In this document: piece by piece, positions 1-12,828 of the stretch
Position numbering within the stretch: position 1 is the first letter of the stretch
Layout of the letters: every line of letters begins with the position of its first letter
Assembly: GCF_000372725.1 (NCBI RefSeq)
Contig: NW_005201318.1
Coordinates: 293,016 to 357,015, forward strand
Reading direction: 5' to 3'
Source: Emiliania huxleyi CCMP1516
Lineage: Eukaryota
DNA: 64,000 bases
Made by a program: the position numbers and the translations under genes
Notes under the pieces: generated by a model
The model's input: only the letters and a program-made list of their open reading frames with translations
What the model was told of the DNA's origin: nothing
Database searches by the model: none

Positions 1-69
1 CCACAAGACAATTGCACCAAGAAAGGTGATGCCAAGCTGCCACTTGTACACGTGCCTTTGGGGATCATG

Positions 70-246
70 GTCGCTGGTCGTACTTTGGCGACCACTCTGC
101 CAGAGTGGTCGTGACCGTGGTCGCAAGTTGGCGACCACGCGACCAGCTGGCCGTATGTTGGCGACCATATAGGGTTTCTGGTCGCGTGGTCGCTGGTCGT
201 ATGATGGCGACCACCCACGCGACCACGTGGTCGTGACCGTGGTTCT
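70..246. repeat. Cluster of GCGACCAC / GTGGTCGC motifs in both orientations; possible subterminal region of a DNA transposon
   Basis: Many copies of gcgacca/tggtcg in both orientations, ending near ...gaccgtggttcta. The partner end is not visible in the window. Confidence 0.4.
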
Positions 247-572
247 AATTCTGTTTCTTCTTTTTCAAAACAGGCACCGAGGACTCAGACCATTTCGTCC
301 GTCGAGGCACTTCTCCGAACAACGCTTTGTCGAGATCCGGAGATCTACCTCTGAAAAACCTCTCGACTCGTGCCCCCCAAAAGCGTAAAAAAGGGCAGCG
401 GCCTCGCTGGGCCAGAACATCGGCCCCGAGTGCTCCGCAGCAGCCTTGCTGGGCCAGAACGTCGGCCCGCGAGGTGGGGTGCTAGTCTGGGACCCATACG
501 TGGCAGTTCCCTTGCTCCAAGCGCTTGCGCTTCGGCGGTAGTGATCTAATCACCCGAATACCACGTTCGGAT

Positions 573-750
573 CGCTCCTCATCGCAAACCCTGTCAGCAG
601 TTCGCCTACGGGTATGTTCGTAAGAGCTACATACACTGAAAAAGGTGCACTAACCTCCGAGAAACCCTTCGGGCCGCTCCTCATCGCAAACCCTGTCAGC
701 AGAGTCTCCTACGGGAATGTACGTAAGAGCTACATACACTGAAAAAAAAA
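573..750 (+). repeat. ~70 bp direct repeat, two copies
   Basis: cgctcctcatcgcaaaccctgtcagcag...taagagctacatacactgaaaaa at 573-643 and 675-750. Confidence 0.85.
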
Positions 751-1414
751 CATCTTGGAGAAGCGAATTCCGACCGTCCCTCCTCGCGCCGTGAGAGCAC
801 CAGCTTCGTCGGGCTTTTAGCCAGCGCTGGCGCTCCCCGACGATCTTTCTACCACTTCGCCCGCGCGAGCTTCTGGCAGCGCCTCTCTCTTCCTGCGCAC
901 GGCACGAGAGGCCGACGTGCACCTAAACACCTTCACGGATGCGTGGCGTCGCCGTCGGTGCTCTTTTGTCTCGCCGGATAGGCGTCGGTCTTTGGTCGTG
1001 CCGCACGGCGCGTACGTTGGAGAGCTCACATGCATGGCCTGTGTGTAGGCAGTCTACGCTCGGCGGGTGCGCGCTGCCTCGGCCGCTGCGATGTGCGTCT
1101 CGCCGCTGCCGCGCAGCCTTTGGCCAGCTCTTGTATTGTCGCGGCTTTGGCGAGGGCCGCGCTCGCGTGCCGCTGTCGTCGCGTGACCGAGTAGGACAGG
1201 CTGCTCTGACTGGTCGCGGAGAGCGGCCCGGCGCGAGCCGGGGGCTGTGCATTCGGGAAGGAGGCGGCAGGCGCGGCGGCCGCCGGGCCGCCCGCACGGT
1301 GGGTGCGAGACTCGAACAAGAGGGCTGGCGGGGAGACGCGGCCCGCGCCTCCGTGCGGTGGCTCAGTGCTTCCGTGCCGGTGGATTGTGTGTGCTGCCAC
1401 GCCACTGACTGGCC

Positions 1415-1540
1415 GAGTGCAGCAGATTGTAGCAGAGCGCAGCAGAGTGCAGCAGAGTGCAGCAGAGTGCAGCAGAGTGCGGCAGAGTGCGGCAAAGTGC
1501 GGCAGATTGCGGCTGAGTGCGGCTGAGTGCGGCAGAGTTT
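1415..1540 (+). repeat. 10-bp tandem repeat (GCAGAGTGCA/G)
   Basis: About 12 degenerate units are directly visible. Confidence 0.9.
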
Positions 1541-2050
1541 GCTTGCCTGTGGGAGAGCGCTGCAGCACTCTGGCTTCCGTCCCAACGAATTCTCTGGGTG
1601 TGACCGAGTGTGGCCGAGTTCGTGTGCTGACTGTGTGCGCAACCGGACGACCATTTGATTCCCACCTGCACTCAACCACACTCTGCTGCACTCCTTCACT
1701 GTAACAGAGTTTGACCGATTGAGGCCGAGTGTGCTGGAGGGTGCCATCGCGTGGCAGAGCCCGCCAGAGGGCGACCGCGTCGTAAAAATGTGGCAGAGTT
1801 CAACTCTCGTGAACCTCTGAACTTGGCCGTTCCAGCATACGGGGAACGCATCTCCATCGCTTCGGTGAAGGGGGTGAACCGTGCCATCCTCGATCGCCGT
1901 GCTAAGCTCGCTTCCGAGCTCTCACGCCGCGCGTAGGGCCCCTAGGGGCCTAGAGAACACACCCCCCTCTCTCTTTTCTCCCAGTAAGCTAAAAGTACGT
2001 ACGGGTATGCTGCCAGGACACATGCAATCGGAGTCGGCATCGTACTTGTT

Positions 2051-3570
2051 ATGATTGAATTTTGCATCATCATCCGCCTCGCAGTCCAGGATCCCTCGTC
2101 TCTTAAGCGCTGGGTCTCAACCGCCACTATCCTAGTCAACCACGCAGACAGTCAGTATCATTGCGAGCGAGCGAGCCTCCGGGTAGAGTGGCCAAACTCC
2201 TTGATCGAGCTCGCTTCGGCGCTGCGCCTAGAGATGCCACACGCCAGCTGCCTCTTTAACTCCGACAGAGACATCATTGACGACATAATACCTCGCTTTG
2301 GGGCATATGCGTTGTTTGCTACGACGGCTGCGCTTGTGTCCCTTGTTACGCCGCTCCTCGCCAAAGCCATCGCCCGTAGCTGCGGTCATTTTGCACCTTT
2401 TGATTCGGCCGAGGTCGCTTCGAGCATCGTATACGCAGTGGTCTTCAGCTGGCGCCTGGTCTTCAAATACGCAGTCTACACTTCTCGAATTTCTTTTCAC
2501 AGTCCGCAATCCGCATGGATGCTGCTCATCCAAAGAGGGTTGCTCGCACTTTTCCTCGCACGATCCTTCTGTTTGCTGAGAGCTTAATCTTGGCCCTGCT
2601 CTTACCCGCCCTCGCCGTCCACTTTGCACGAAACGCCTTCAGCTTCCAGCGCGGCGTCAACAAGGGCGAGTGGCGCTCGCCCGGCCTCTGCCGGCGCGGA
2701 CCCATCATCGCCCCTTGACGCTTGGAGAGGCAGGTTGCGTTTCTTACCGGCCGCTTCGCCCGATTCGCGCCTCGATGGCAGCTGGTCGTCTGGCTGCGCC
2801 AGTTCGCTTCCTCCTCCTCCTCGTAGTCTTTGCCATCGACTTGATCTTCTATCGCCTCTCTGAGGATGAATTCCGTATCGGCCGCTACGCCGGCGCCGCC
2901 GCCGCCATCGCCGTCACGCTCGCCTTCTGGCTCGCGCACCGCTCGAACGCCCCCTTCGCCTTCGACTTTCAAAATGCGCTCGAGTCGTGGCTCCACGGCG
3001 CCACGGCGCCACGACCGTCCTCCTCGTACTCACCTGCATCTACACGGCGCTCTGGGACCATCTCCTGGGAGTCAGCGACCTGGGAGTCACACGTACCGTC
3101 GTCGAGCTCCTCATGGCGGCCGTCTTCTTCGGAACCCTCGTTGGGGGCGCGCTCCTCTCGCTCCGAGAGCTGCACCGCACAAGGCGCGTGCTCGGCGCCG
3201 TCGACCTCTCCGCCGTGCTCACCGCCACCGACTCCAAGATCGACGGCACGCTCCGCGAGCGACTACTCGACGGCACCGTGCGGCTGGTCTGCTGCGAGTG
3301 GCTGAGATCGCCCGCGGCCGACGCGAGCCTCGGCCGCGACGCCTTGACGGGTTCCGCCATCATGAGGCGGCGGCAGGACCTGCCGCCGGAAGCTTTTGTG
3401 CCGTGCGAGGCGGCGGCGGCGGCGCTCGAGAGAGGCGACCGGAGTGTGTTTGCCCTCTCCTACGGCTGGCTGACGGCGTCGCACCCCGACCCGCACGGCA
3501 GCACGCCGCCGTGCGCCGCTTCCTTAACACCGACGCTGCGGGGGAGCGCGCCGGTCTCTTTTGGGACCCT
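2051..3570 (+). pseudogene. Frameshifted or truncated gene: hydrophobic segments followed by a HET-like domain
   Basis: Hydrophobic ORF pieces at 2051-2587, 2670-2990 and 2987 onward, then RRRQDLPPEAF...ALSYGWLTASHPDPHG, a frameshift, and ...GLFWD. It is cut off at ~3573 by a dispersed repeat. Confidence 0.5.
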
Positions 3571-3572
3571 CC

Positions 3573-3861
3573 ACACACACCCCTCCCCTAGGGCTAAGCA
3601 GTGCGCGAGCCCACCCGACTTCAGGCGAGACGTCGACCACTCCTCGGGAATAGTTCTGTCAGTGGCTGCACTAGACGCCCATAGAGGCGCGCGGCGCGGG
3701 CGGATGACTAGGGGAGAAACAGCGGAGATCCTAGCTCGCTGGGAGACGTGCGCAACCTAAAGTTGGGAATAGGGGGGAGTGCGAGTGGGGAGAAGTCAGA
3801 CGAGTGTCAGTGTGAGGGGAGGGCGTACGCCGGCGTTTTTGCCTTTGAAAACTGAACAGTT
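3573..3861 (+). mobile_element. Truncated copy of dispersed element family 'AB' (conserved-end half only)
   Basis: Reverse complement of ~37600-37865 and homologous to ~53365-53640. Ends ...cctttgaaaactgaacagtt. Confidence 0.85.
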
Positions 3862-4630
3862 CTTTAGGAAGCGTCACGATTGGTTTGATCACGATTTCTT
3901 TCACCAGACACCACCGGGTCTCCGCCGGGCGCCGGCACGCCTCGGCCGCGCGTGTGGCTCTCTGAGAATTGAGACCATCCGTGTGTCGCGGAGGGCTCCG
4001 TGGCATCCCCGTGTCACGCTCTCGCGCTGACAGCGACCAGCGTGTGTGGAGAGGACTGCGGCGAACAAAGAGGATGGGCGGGTCCTTCAGTCGTAGCGCC
4101 CCCTCCTAACCCCCGGCCCGCCCTGCCCCTGCCCGCCCGGCGGCGCCCCCCCCGTGCCGCCGAGGCCCTGCTGCCCGCCGTAGCCCTGCTGAGGCGCGCC
4201 GAAGGGCGAGGAGAAGCCGGGCCGCGTGCCTGCCTGCGAAGGCATGTCGCTCCTTCCACCGCCCGGTCCGGGAGGCACACCTCCCCGGCCCTGTGGCTGC
4301 GCAGCACCCATGCCCGACTGGCCCTGGCTCGGCTGCTGCGGCATCCCTCTGCCGCCCTCCTTCATCTGCGCCGCCGCGCCCGAGAGTTTGTCGGTGACGC
4401 GCACGGCAAGGAAGAGCGCCGTGTACCTGATGCGTTGTGGTGGTACGGTCACGGCTGTGTGTGAGAGAGCTTCAAGAGGAGAGGGGCGGCGCGCTTTTCG
4501 TCGAGCAGCCGCAGCGCCGCGTTCGCCTCTGCAACCTTCATCGCTGCGTATTCGAGGTCGCCTTTGGCGCGGTGCCACGGACGTGTCACACGGACGGGCT
4601 ACTGCTCAACCTGAGCGCGAGGTCGAGTCG

Positions 4631-5572
4631 TCACCCGGGAAGGCGGCGAGGGCAGGCAGCTTGCCGGCTGCGTTCATCCCCTTGATTGTCTCGTGAATGG
4701 CGAGCATGCCTAGCGAAGTGCCGGCCGACGCTTGAGGGAGGGCGCGCGTTGGTTCGGACGCGTGTCTCTCCGGGCGGTGGGCGACGCGGGCGCGCCGCGG
4801 TTGTCCTTTGGCAGCCCCGCGAGACGCTGGAAGAGCTCCTAACCGACATCCAACCCAAAGTGCTCTCAAAGTCCCAAGGTCTCGCGATGCGTTCGCGATG
4901 CGTGCGCGGCGAGCATTCCTTCTTTTCTGCAAACTTTGCGTCCGCGGCGAGCTTGCCCATCGTTTCGAGGTCGGCCGTCATGATGACCCGGGCAAGGTCG
5001 TCGGCCACCTCGCAGAGACAGCGAGGAACGCGTCACAATTTGCTCTGGTCAGCACGTAACTCTTGAGTTGGCGGGTGATGCGACGGGTGCTCGCTCTTGC
5101 TCACCCGGCTCTTCTGCAGGAGCGACTGACGCAGCTGGTCGCCCTCGTTCCAGTACATCGGCAGGTCGCCCAAAGGCCGGCTGTCCTCCGCCGTGATGAA
5201 CTGGTACTTAGCCATCGCCTGCATCGCAGGCGAAAAATCCTGCGGGTGCTCCGCGATGAACTTGAAGGGCTCGTTCATAAACTCGACGTTGTCGTAGTAC
5301 CTGTGGCGACGGCACTGTGCGGTGGAGGCGGCCGAGTGCAGACCGTAGGGCCTGTGGCGACGGCACTGTGCGGTGGAGGCGGCCGAGGGCAGAAGCTCCG
5401 GGCGTCGGCACCAGTCGTTGGGCCTGTCGGCTTGCATCAGTGCCGCTGGCGCGCGGTGGCCGCCGTTGGGCCTGTCGGCCTGCGTGAGCGACGCCGCGCG
5501 CGCCGGCAGGAGCGCGTCCACCGTGGCCACCAGGGCGAGAACCAGGGCGAGGAAGCCGAAGCTCATGTACAT
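4631..5572 (-). CDS. Putative secreted protein of unknown function, probably spliced
   Basis: Signal-peptide-like MYMSFGFLALVLALVATVDA and internal duplications (QADRPN x2, SAASTAQCRRHR x2). Likely continues into ORF 4631-5008. Confidence 0.4.
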
Positions 5573-5885
5573 CTTGCCTTTGCGCCCCCGCGCGAGATTT
5601 TTTTGCTCGCCGAGTGCGTATCCTATGCGCGAGAGATCCCCTGTGCCCTGTGCCCAGCCCTCTCCGCGCCGCGATGCCCCCCACCCACCCACCCACCCAC
5701 CCCCCCCCATCGCTTTTGGTCGCATTTGTTGTCTTCTTCGCTTTTGCAAAATCCTGCAAAGGTGGGGACGTGTCTAGCCTAGCTTGGCTTGGGGGGTTTA
5801 TTTACTTACTGGAACGGGACCTTACAGCGTTTCAAATAAAAGAAAAAACTCCGCCTGCCCCCGGGGGGGTGGGGGGCATTGCCAC

Positions 5886-6692
5886 ATGGCGGATTGGGCA
5901 AACATCACTCCGGAGCTCCTCCGCGCGATCGCATGGGTGCTCACTCGTGAGATCGACAGCGGGCCGGCATTCAGCCGACAGAATGCGGCCGATGAGATGC
6001 AAGCGGGCGCTTGCGGTGCTGCATCGATGATGGCTGCATGCTGGTCGTGGAAGGTCGCTCTCGCCCGAGAGGGCGTGCGCGACCGCGCCATTCGCGCCGC
6101 CCGCCGCTCCGCCATTTACCGGCAGGGGTGGGCAGCATTCATGCGCGAGATCGACTCGGGGGGCTGCTTCAGCTTCTCGGTCGGCTGCCTCAGATGCTTC
6201 CGGGTCTGCGACCCGCTGGAGTGCACGCACGCCATCATGACGGCTGTGCTCGCCGGGGAGGACGCGGTCGAGACGTGCCAGCGCATCGCGCAGGAGCACA
6301 TCGACTGGGACTCTGGAGACTTTGGCCAGACATTTCCCGAGGACGACGGCGAGGAGGCGGAGGACGGGGCCCAGCACGTCGTCGCCAACGCCATCATCGC
6401 CTCGATCTGCGGCGGATTCGCGACGACCAAGCTCGGCACCCTCGAGGAGAGCGTGATGGACAGCATCAACAAGTACTGCGCCAGCTCCTATCTGCAGCCC
6501 ACGCCCGGCGTCGCCCGCTTCCTCCTCTCGTGGCTCGACCAGAGGGACGGATGGCTGCGCTGCAGCATCGTCTTCGACACGCTGGCCAGCGACCAGCGCT
6601 TCAGGCCGCTGGTGGGCGCCGCGAGGTTCGCGGCGCTCGTGGCCGAGTGCAAGACCCGGATCGGGGGCTGGGCCGACTACAACGAGGACTGA
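5886..6692 (+). CDS. Intronless protein with F-box-like N-terminus
   Basis: ATG at 5886, MADWANITPELLRAIAWVL resembles W.xLPxELLxxI, GC3-rich codons. The C-terminal part is not recognised. Confidence 0.55.
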   Translation: MADWANITPELLRAIAWVLTREIDSGPAFSRQNAADEMQAGACGAASMMAACWSWKVALAREGVRDRAIRAARRSAIYRQGWAAFMREIDSGGCFSFSVGCLRCFRVCDPLECTHAIMTAVLAGEDAVETCQRIAQEHIDWDSGDFGQTFPEDDGEEAEDGAQHVVANAIIASICGGFATTKLGTLEESVMDSINKYCASSYLQPTPGVARFLLSWLDQRDGWLRCSIVFDTLASDQRFRPLVGAARFAALVAECKTRIGGWADYNED

Positions 6693-6747
6693 CGCGAAAA
6701 CGACGGGGGCGCAAAACGGTGACGCCGCAGGGGTTCTGCCGCTCTTC

Positions 6748-7018
6748 GAGTGGTCCCATCATGCAAGCGCTCGTGCCCCCGTTCGGCTGTTCTGAAGTTG
6801 CGTGCGACATTTGCGCGGCCGCCCGCGCGCGAAGCGGCGCAGCCGCAGTGCGCAGAGCCGGAGAGGGCGGCTCTATAAACAGACTGTAGAGGACCAGAGA
6901 AAGGACCGGACAGGCACGAGAGTAGCACAGGCGTCCGAATTCAGTATTCAGTGTCCAGCGCACCACCTTGGTCACACCTTTTCTGCGCCGCCCCCCGGCG
7001 CGAAGCCACCATAAAAAA
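6748..7018 (+). repeat. Dispersed ~270-330 bp repeat (SINE/MITE-like), copy 1
   Basis: gagtggtcccatcatgcaagcgctcgtgccccc...cggcgcgaag..caccat-aaaaa recurs at 12331-12657. Confidence 0.85.
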
Positions 7019-8629
7019 GGGTAAAAAAATTTTCCGCCACACGATGGCCATCACGCTCGCACCTGCCGACCGCCGCCACGACGGCAAGACGCCTCTTCCG
7101 CCACCGCGGCGCCGACCACAGGCCAGCACTAAGCAGCTGCCGGCCACACCGGGCCGGATTTTGCGGTACCCGTCGCCGCACACTCCTGCGTCCACGCCGC
7201 TGTGACGTCTGGCGATGAGGCGCCGGCCGCCAAGCTTCATCGCCAATGTGGTCGCTCGCTGGTCCTCTCGGCTCGGCCACGCGTCGGACCAGCTCGCACG
7301 AGCTCCAGACAGCCACCGGTCGCCACGCGCAAAGCGTACGGGTCACCGGCTCCCCGTTTAGCTCTCACGCTGGCCGGCGTAAAACTGTGCTGGCAGTTGT
7401 CAAGTCGTACCCGTCGCGTTTCGAAAGGGAGCCCTCGATCGACCCCTCTACATGCACCGCACCACCGCTCTCCACAGCTGCTACCGTGGACATCAAGCTC
7501 CTCGACTCGATCTGCGGCTACGACGGCGCTCTAGCTGCTGGCTCTCGCGGGTGTCTGGCGACCCGCTCAGGCTTGCGAAACGGCCGGCCGCGGCGACGTG
7601 TTTCGAGCTCGGTGGTCTTCTCCGCGCGGCTGGGCCCGCTCCTATATGGGACTGATCCGCCCCCGCACTGGCCGGCTCGTCCGCCGTCCCTCCGGGATGT
7701 GAGGGGCCGTTGAGTCCCTCGGCCCGCGCGGAAGTGTCTCGGAAAGGCCTCGTGGAGCCGGACAGACGACGCAGCCGCGAAGGGCCCGAGGTGCTTCGCC
7801 GACGGTGAGGCGGGCTGTGGTTGGAGCCACCGGGCGGGAGGCGGGCATGGTCCACCAGCGGTATGGCTGCGAGCACGCTGGCCGGCTCCACGGCACTGTG
7901 ACCGCGCTGAAGCAGCCCTCGGCAAGGCCCCTGAGGCCGCCGGAGAGCCTAAAAGTGTGAGCGGGTGCGTATATAACGGGAAGGACAGTACTCCCGAGCC
8001 GGCTAGGGCGTTGGAGCACCTATGAAATGGCGCCGATCCCGCATTTTCCCCGCAGCTTACTCGAACCCGCCGCCACCCGTACCTCGCTCCGAACCACGCC
8101 GGAGCAGCTCTGGTCGTGCTCGGGACGGGGGGAGGAAAGTTCGGGGCACAAGAGTGTCGAGTAAGGACGGAAGACGGTTCTGAAGAAGGATGCGGGGGGA
8201 GAGCTGCGGTGCGTCCCCGCCCCCGCCCTCCACCGCCCCCTCCAGCCCCCCCTCCCACCTCAGGGTGCGCAACGAAGTCGTCTGGACGAGGAGGAGGGGC
8301 GGCCCCTCGCCGCGCGCGCACCGAAGCGCGCGCGAGGCGACCCGCAGCAGGCTGGCGAGGGAGGGAGGGGCGAGGGAGGTGCGGGCGGCGCAGAGGGAGG
8401 CGCCGGCTCCGACTCGGAGGAGGGCCGGCCGCTTGCCGCCAGGCGGCGGGGGGCGGCGGCGGGGAAGCCGCCACCGAAGGCAAACGCCTCACCGGAGAGC
8501 GGCGGCGGCGAGGAGGTGGAGGCAGCCGGGGCGGCTGAGGCAGCCGGGGCGGAGGCTGCCGGCGCGGCGGAGAAGTGGGGCAGAGATGGCTGGGGCGGAG
8601 GAGGGCGAGGAGGAGGGCGAGGCGGAGAG

Positions 8630-10770
8630 CGAGGTGGCGAGCCGGCAGGAGGTTGCACCACCAGAGGCACAGCTGCCCAAGCGGCAGTCCCAGTCTATCT
8701 CCGCGTTCAGGGTCCGTATCGTGACACCGTCGTTGCCGGTGAAGGAGGCGTCGCTGATCGAGGAGGGCGAGCTTTCCAGGTGAAGCACCGAGGCTGAGTA
8801 GGCCGCTCTGTTGTCGATGAAGTCGACACCCGCAATGGAGAGGGAGATGCTGTACAACGCGTAGACGACGCCACCGCGACTGTGTCCCGGGGACTGCGGT
8901 TGCGAGGAGAGAGCGGGTGAGGCAGCCGTGGCCCCCTCTCTATCTCTCGCTCCGCTACCGTGCGTCGCTGCTGGAGTGCGGCTAGCTCTACGCGGCGCAC
9001 CCCGACAGCCGAGCAGCCCGTCATGGTCGAGCCGATTATCGAGACCGCACCCCTGTTTTGCGCGTAGACGACGCCGCCGTGCTGCGGTTGTGAGGAGAGA
9101 GCGGGGTGAGGCAGCCGTGGCCCTCTCCATCTCTCGCCCCGCCGCCGTGCGGCGCTGCAGGGGTGCGGCTAGCTCCACGCGGCGCACCGCGCCAGCCGAG
9201 CAGCTCGTCACGGTCGAGCCGATTATCGAGACCGCAGCGCGGTTCCGATACGCGTAGACGACGCCACCGTTCTGCGGTTGCGAGGAGAGAGCGGGGTGAG
9301 GCAGCCGTGGCCCTCTATCTCTCGCCCCGCTGCCGTGCGGCGCTGCTGGAGTGCTGCTCGCTCTACGCGGCGCACATAGACAGCAGAGCAGTCTCTGACC
9401 GTCGAGTCGATGATCTCGACGTCGCCTGCCTGGTTAGCGTACACAACGCCGCCGTCGTTCGCCCTCCCGTTGACGAGGGTCAGCCCCCGCAGGGTGAGGC
9501 TGCAGCCGCCCACGAGGGAAAAGAGCCCGGTCTGTTCCTGGCCGTCGAGCGTCGCGCCCTCGCCGCTGCTCGCGACGGTCACCTTGATGGTGGAGGCGCA
9601 GCTGATCTGGCTGCCCAGCTTGAAGTCCGCACTGGGCGGCAGGTAGATTGAGACGTCGGCTTGCGATATAGCAGCCTCCTCGATCAGGTTGCGGAGCTCG
9701 GCCTCGCTCTCCGCGGCGACAAAGCCGGTCAAGAGCGGCGGCAGAGGCGGTGGCGGTGACAGAGGCGGCGGCGGCGGCGAAAAGGGTGGCGACGGCGACA
9801 CAACGTTCCAGATCCGAACACCCTTCATCGATCCGGTGAAGTACTCGTTGCCGTACGTCTTCCCGACGCAAAAGTTGACGTTGGACGCCGCGGCGCCGCC
9901 CGTCGTCGTGTCGGTCGCGACGGTGACGCCATCAATGGAGAGCTTCCGCGTCGTGCCGTCAAACTCGGCGGTGACGTGGTGCCAGCTGCCGTCGAGGAGA
10001 GCACTGCTGGCGCTCGACCGCAGGTCGGCGCTCCACCAGTAGTTTTTGATGCGCTGGCACCCATCATCGAGGCGGAAAGCATTGACAGAGTTGGCGGTGC
10101 CGTAATTGCCCCAGCCGACGATCCCGCCATTGTTGGAGCAGGCGGCGCTGGCCGGCTTGATGTCCGCCTCGATGGCATACGGTTCAGTGCCCGTGGGCAG
10201 CGCGGCAGACGATCCCTCGCTCGCGTAGTAGCACGTGCTGCCGTCGAGCGTGAACTCCTCCAAAGCCTCAAAGACCGGTTGCAGCGGCGACGGCGAGGCG
10301 GAGGGAGGCGGCGGCGACGGCGAGGCGGAGGGAGGAGGCGGCGACGGTGGCAGTGGCTCCGACTGCGGCGGCAGTGGCTCCGGCTGCGGTGGCAGTGGCT
10401 CCGGCTGCGGCGGCAGTGGCTCCGGCTGCGGCGGCAGTGGCTCCGGCTGCGGTGGCAGTGGCTCCGGCTGCGGCGGCAGTGGCTCCGGCTGCGGCGGCAG
10501 TGGCTCCGGCTGCGGCGGCAGTGGCTCCGCGGCGGCGACAAAGCCGGGGGCGATTGGCGGCGAAGGGGGCGGCGGAGGGGGTGGAGGCGGCGGCAACGAC
10601 GGCGGCGGCGGTGGCGGAGGCGTCGACTGCGGTGGAAGCGGCGGAAGCGTCGGGGGCGGCGGCAGTGGCTCCGGCTGCGGCGGAAGTGGCTGCGGCTGCG
10701 GCGGAACGGTCGCCGCGGCCAAGATGCTCGCGAAGATCATGAGAAGAGGTGGCTGTCGCAAGGCCGCCAT
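8630..10770 (-). CDS. Secreted or surface protein: Pro-rich linkers, LamG/pentraxin-like domain, GGVVYA beta-helix-type repeats; multi-exon
   Basis: Hydrophobic N-terminus (LLMIFASILAAAT), PPQPEPL repeats, LamG-like LLDGSWHHVTAEFDGTTRKLSIDG...FCVGK...FTGSMKGVRIWN, and repeated exons xGGVVYA...VSIIGSTxTxCSA separated by homologous GT-AG introns. The 3' end is uncertain. Confidence 0.7.
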
Positions 10771-11112
10771 TTCCGGGGGGGGTGCCCGTCGAAGCCCGTC
10801 GACAACGAAATGTGGCGGCCTTCTCACACAATCCTATTCCTATGATTCCTCTTCGAATATTCTGATTCCGATTTCCCCCATCGGCATCGCTCTCACTACG
10901 CGTGTGTCTTGTGAGCTTGTTTGAGTTTGTGTCTGTGTGCCGCTCGAGCGTGTCGTCATCAATAATCTGTCTTGCGTCCACACATACCGCGCGCCCCCCG
11001 TGCCCAGTGCTGCTGCGCGAGGGGATTGGGAGAGATTTTTATTAACCAACAATTCATTGCGAGAATCCGCATTAAATTCTTTTTCGGACAAAGAGCGAGT
11101 TGCGTTGTAAAA

Positions 11113-11164
11113 TTCTTTTCTCGCACAACACTGGGCACGGGACTGGCGCGCACTGGCACTAACA
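11113..11164 (-). mobile_element. 52-bp extreme 3' fragment related to the non-LTR family at 46513-51704, with a 10-bp TSD
   Basis: Direct repeat cgttgtaaaa at 11103-11112 and 11165-11174. The insert carries gactggcgcgcactggcacta and ends ...aagaa on the minus strand, like the long element. Confidence 0.75.
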
Positions 11165-12183
11165 CGTTGTAAAAATCTTTTCATTGGCCTCCGGGGAAAC
11201 TGCGCTCTGCGGGATCGGTCCCATTACCCGTGGGGCCCGGGACCCGGCGGCGAAAGTTTGGTCCCGTTCGGCCACACGGACGTTAGCGGCTGTGGTTTCG
11301 GCCTGCACCCTCTCACGGCTCCGAGAGGGGCGCGAGAGGCCGGAGACAGGTCCACCTTGGCGCTCGCGTCGAGCTGCGAGGCCGGATCCGAGGCCGCCAG
11401 GCCGTTGGTAGCATCAGATGGAACACCCGCGCAGCCGATTTTTATACGCGAAAAGTACCCGACGGACTCACGAGGGCACACACTCGGCGGTCTCGCGACA
11501 GAGTAGACGGCTCACGGGGAGGAAAGAACAGAAGCTAAGGATGGGGACGCGGTTAGGGGTGTGCCGTCTTCGAGTCTGGCGGCTCGCGCTCGGCCGGGAC
11601 CAACGCTCGAGCCTCCGCCCCTCGGACGGGATCCGGAGAGCGCGCGTACCACCCGGCGTCGGCGAGCTGCGGAGCTGGCGGGAGCGGCACGACCGACGGC
11701 AGCGACGCGGGAGACCGGTGCGGTCGCAGCGCTGCAGAGTTGCAGCACCACGACCGCATCGACTGAGCGCATCGGCATGCCGCATGCGCGAGAGGAGGGT
11801 GTGCGGGTGCATGCCCGGGCCGTGAGGGCTGGCTGAAGCGCCGCTCGGGCGGCCGCAATCATCAATCATGACTTTGAATGAAGCGGCCTCGTTCACAACT
11901 CTCAAGAACCACCTTAATGATTAAAGCATTTAACCCAAACGGGCGAGAGCGACGGCGAGTCGCCGCTAGCACGAACGGACACGAGCAAGTCGTCGAGATG
12001 CCGCTGCGGGCACGGCGCTGAGGTTACACTGAGGAGGAGAGACGGGCGGCTTCGGCGCCTCCTAGTCCTGCACAGAAGAGGCGCCGGCAGGACGTTGGAG
12101 AAGAGCGGTAGAGGCGGAGCGGCTGGCGGCGGAAAAGAGCGTGAAGAGGCGCGCACGCGCACGCTCACAAAGCAAAAAGGCTC

Positions 12184-12258
12184 CACAGAGCGCAAGAAAA
12201 GCAAAAAGCCTGCACAGAGCGCAAGAAAAGCAAAAAGGCTGCACAGAGCGCAAGAAAA
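12184..12258 (+). repeat. ~31-bp tandem repeat, about 2.5 units
   Basis: cacagagcgcaagaaaagcaaaaag repeated. Confidence 0.85.
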
Positions 12259-12282
12259 GGATTTCCCCACAGGGACTCGAAC
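12258..12282 (-). pseudogene. 3' fragment of tRNA-Glu
   Basis: aggatttccccacagggactcgaac is identical to 14324-14348. Confidence 0.8.
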
Positions 12283-12330
12283 TTATGACACTATCAAGAG
12301 GAGACCAGCAGTGGTACATGTACGTCTGAG

Positions 12331-12657
12331 GAGTGGTCCCATCATGCAAGCGCTCGTGCCCCCGTTCGGCTGTTCTGATCTTCTGAAGTTGCGTGCGACG
12401 TTTGCGCGGCCCGCGCGCGAAGCGGCGCAGCCGCAGTGCCGAAGCGGCGCAGCCGCCCCGCAGTGCGCAGAGCCGGAGAGGGCGGCTCTATAAACAGAGT
12501 GTAGAGAACCAGCGAGAAAGGACCGGACACAGGCACGAGGGTTCAGAGTAGCACAGGCGTCCACGAATTCAGTATTAAGTGTCCAGCGCGCCACCTTCGA
12601 CCTTGGTTCTGCACCTTCTTCTGCGCTCGCCCCCGGCGCGAAGACACCATCAAAAAG
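12331..12657 (+). repeat. Dispersed repeat, copy 2 (homologous to 6748-7018)
   Basis: Colinear similarity with small indels. Confidence 0.85.
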
Positions 12658-12828
12658 CATAAACAACACAGGCGAGTGAGCGACGCGCCGACGGGCGCAC
12701 CCGCTCGGCGAGTCGCCCGCTAGCACGAACGGACACGAGCAAGTCGTCGAGATGCGGTGCGGCGGCACGGCGCTGAGGAGGAGAGACGGGCGGCTTCGGC
12801 GCCTCCTAGTCCTGCACAGAAGAGAGGC

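Noticed and set aside
12184..12258. CRISPR-like array (also considered for 34120-34370 and 573-750)
   Set aside because: The repeats are contiguous or number only two, there is no series of unique spacers, no cas genes, and the context is eukaryotic.
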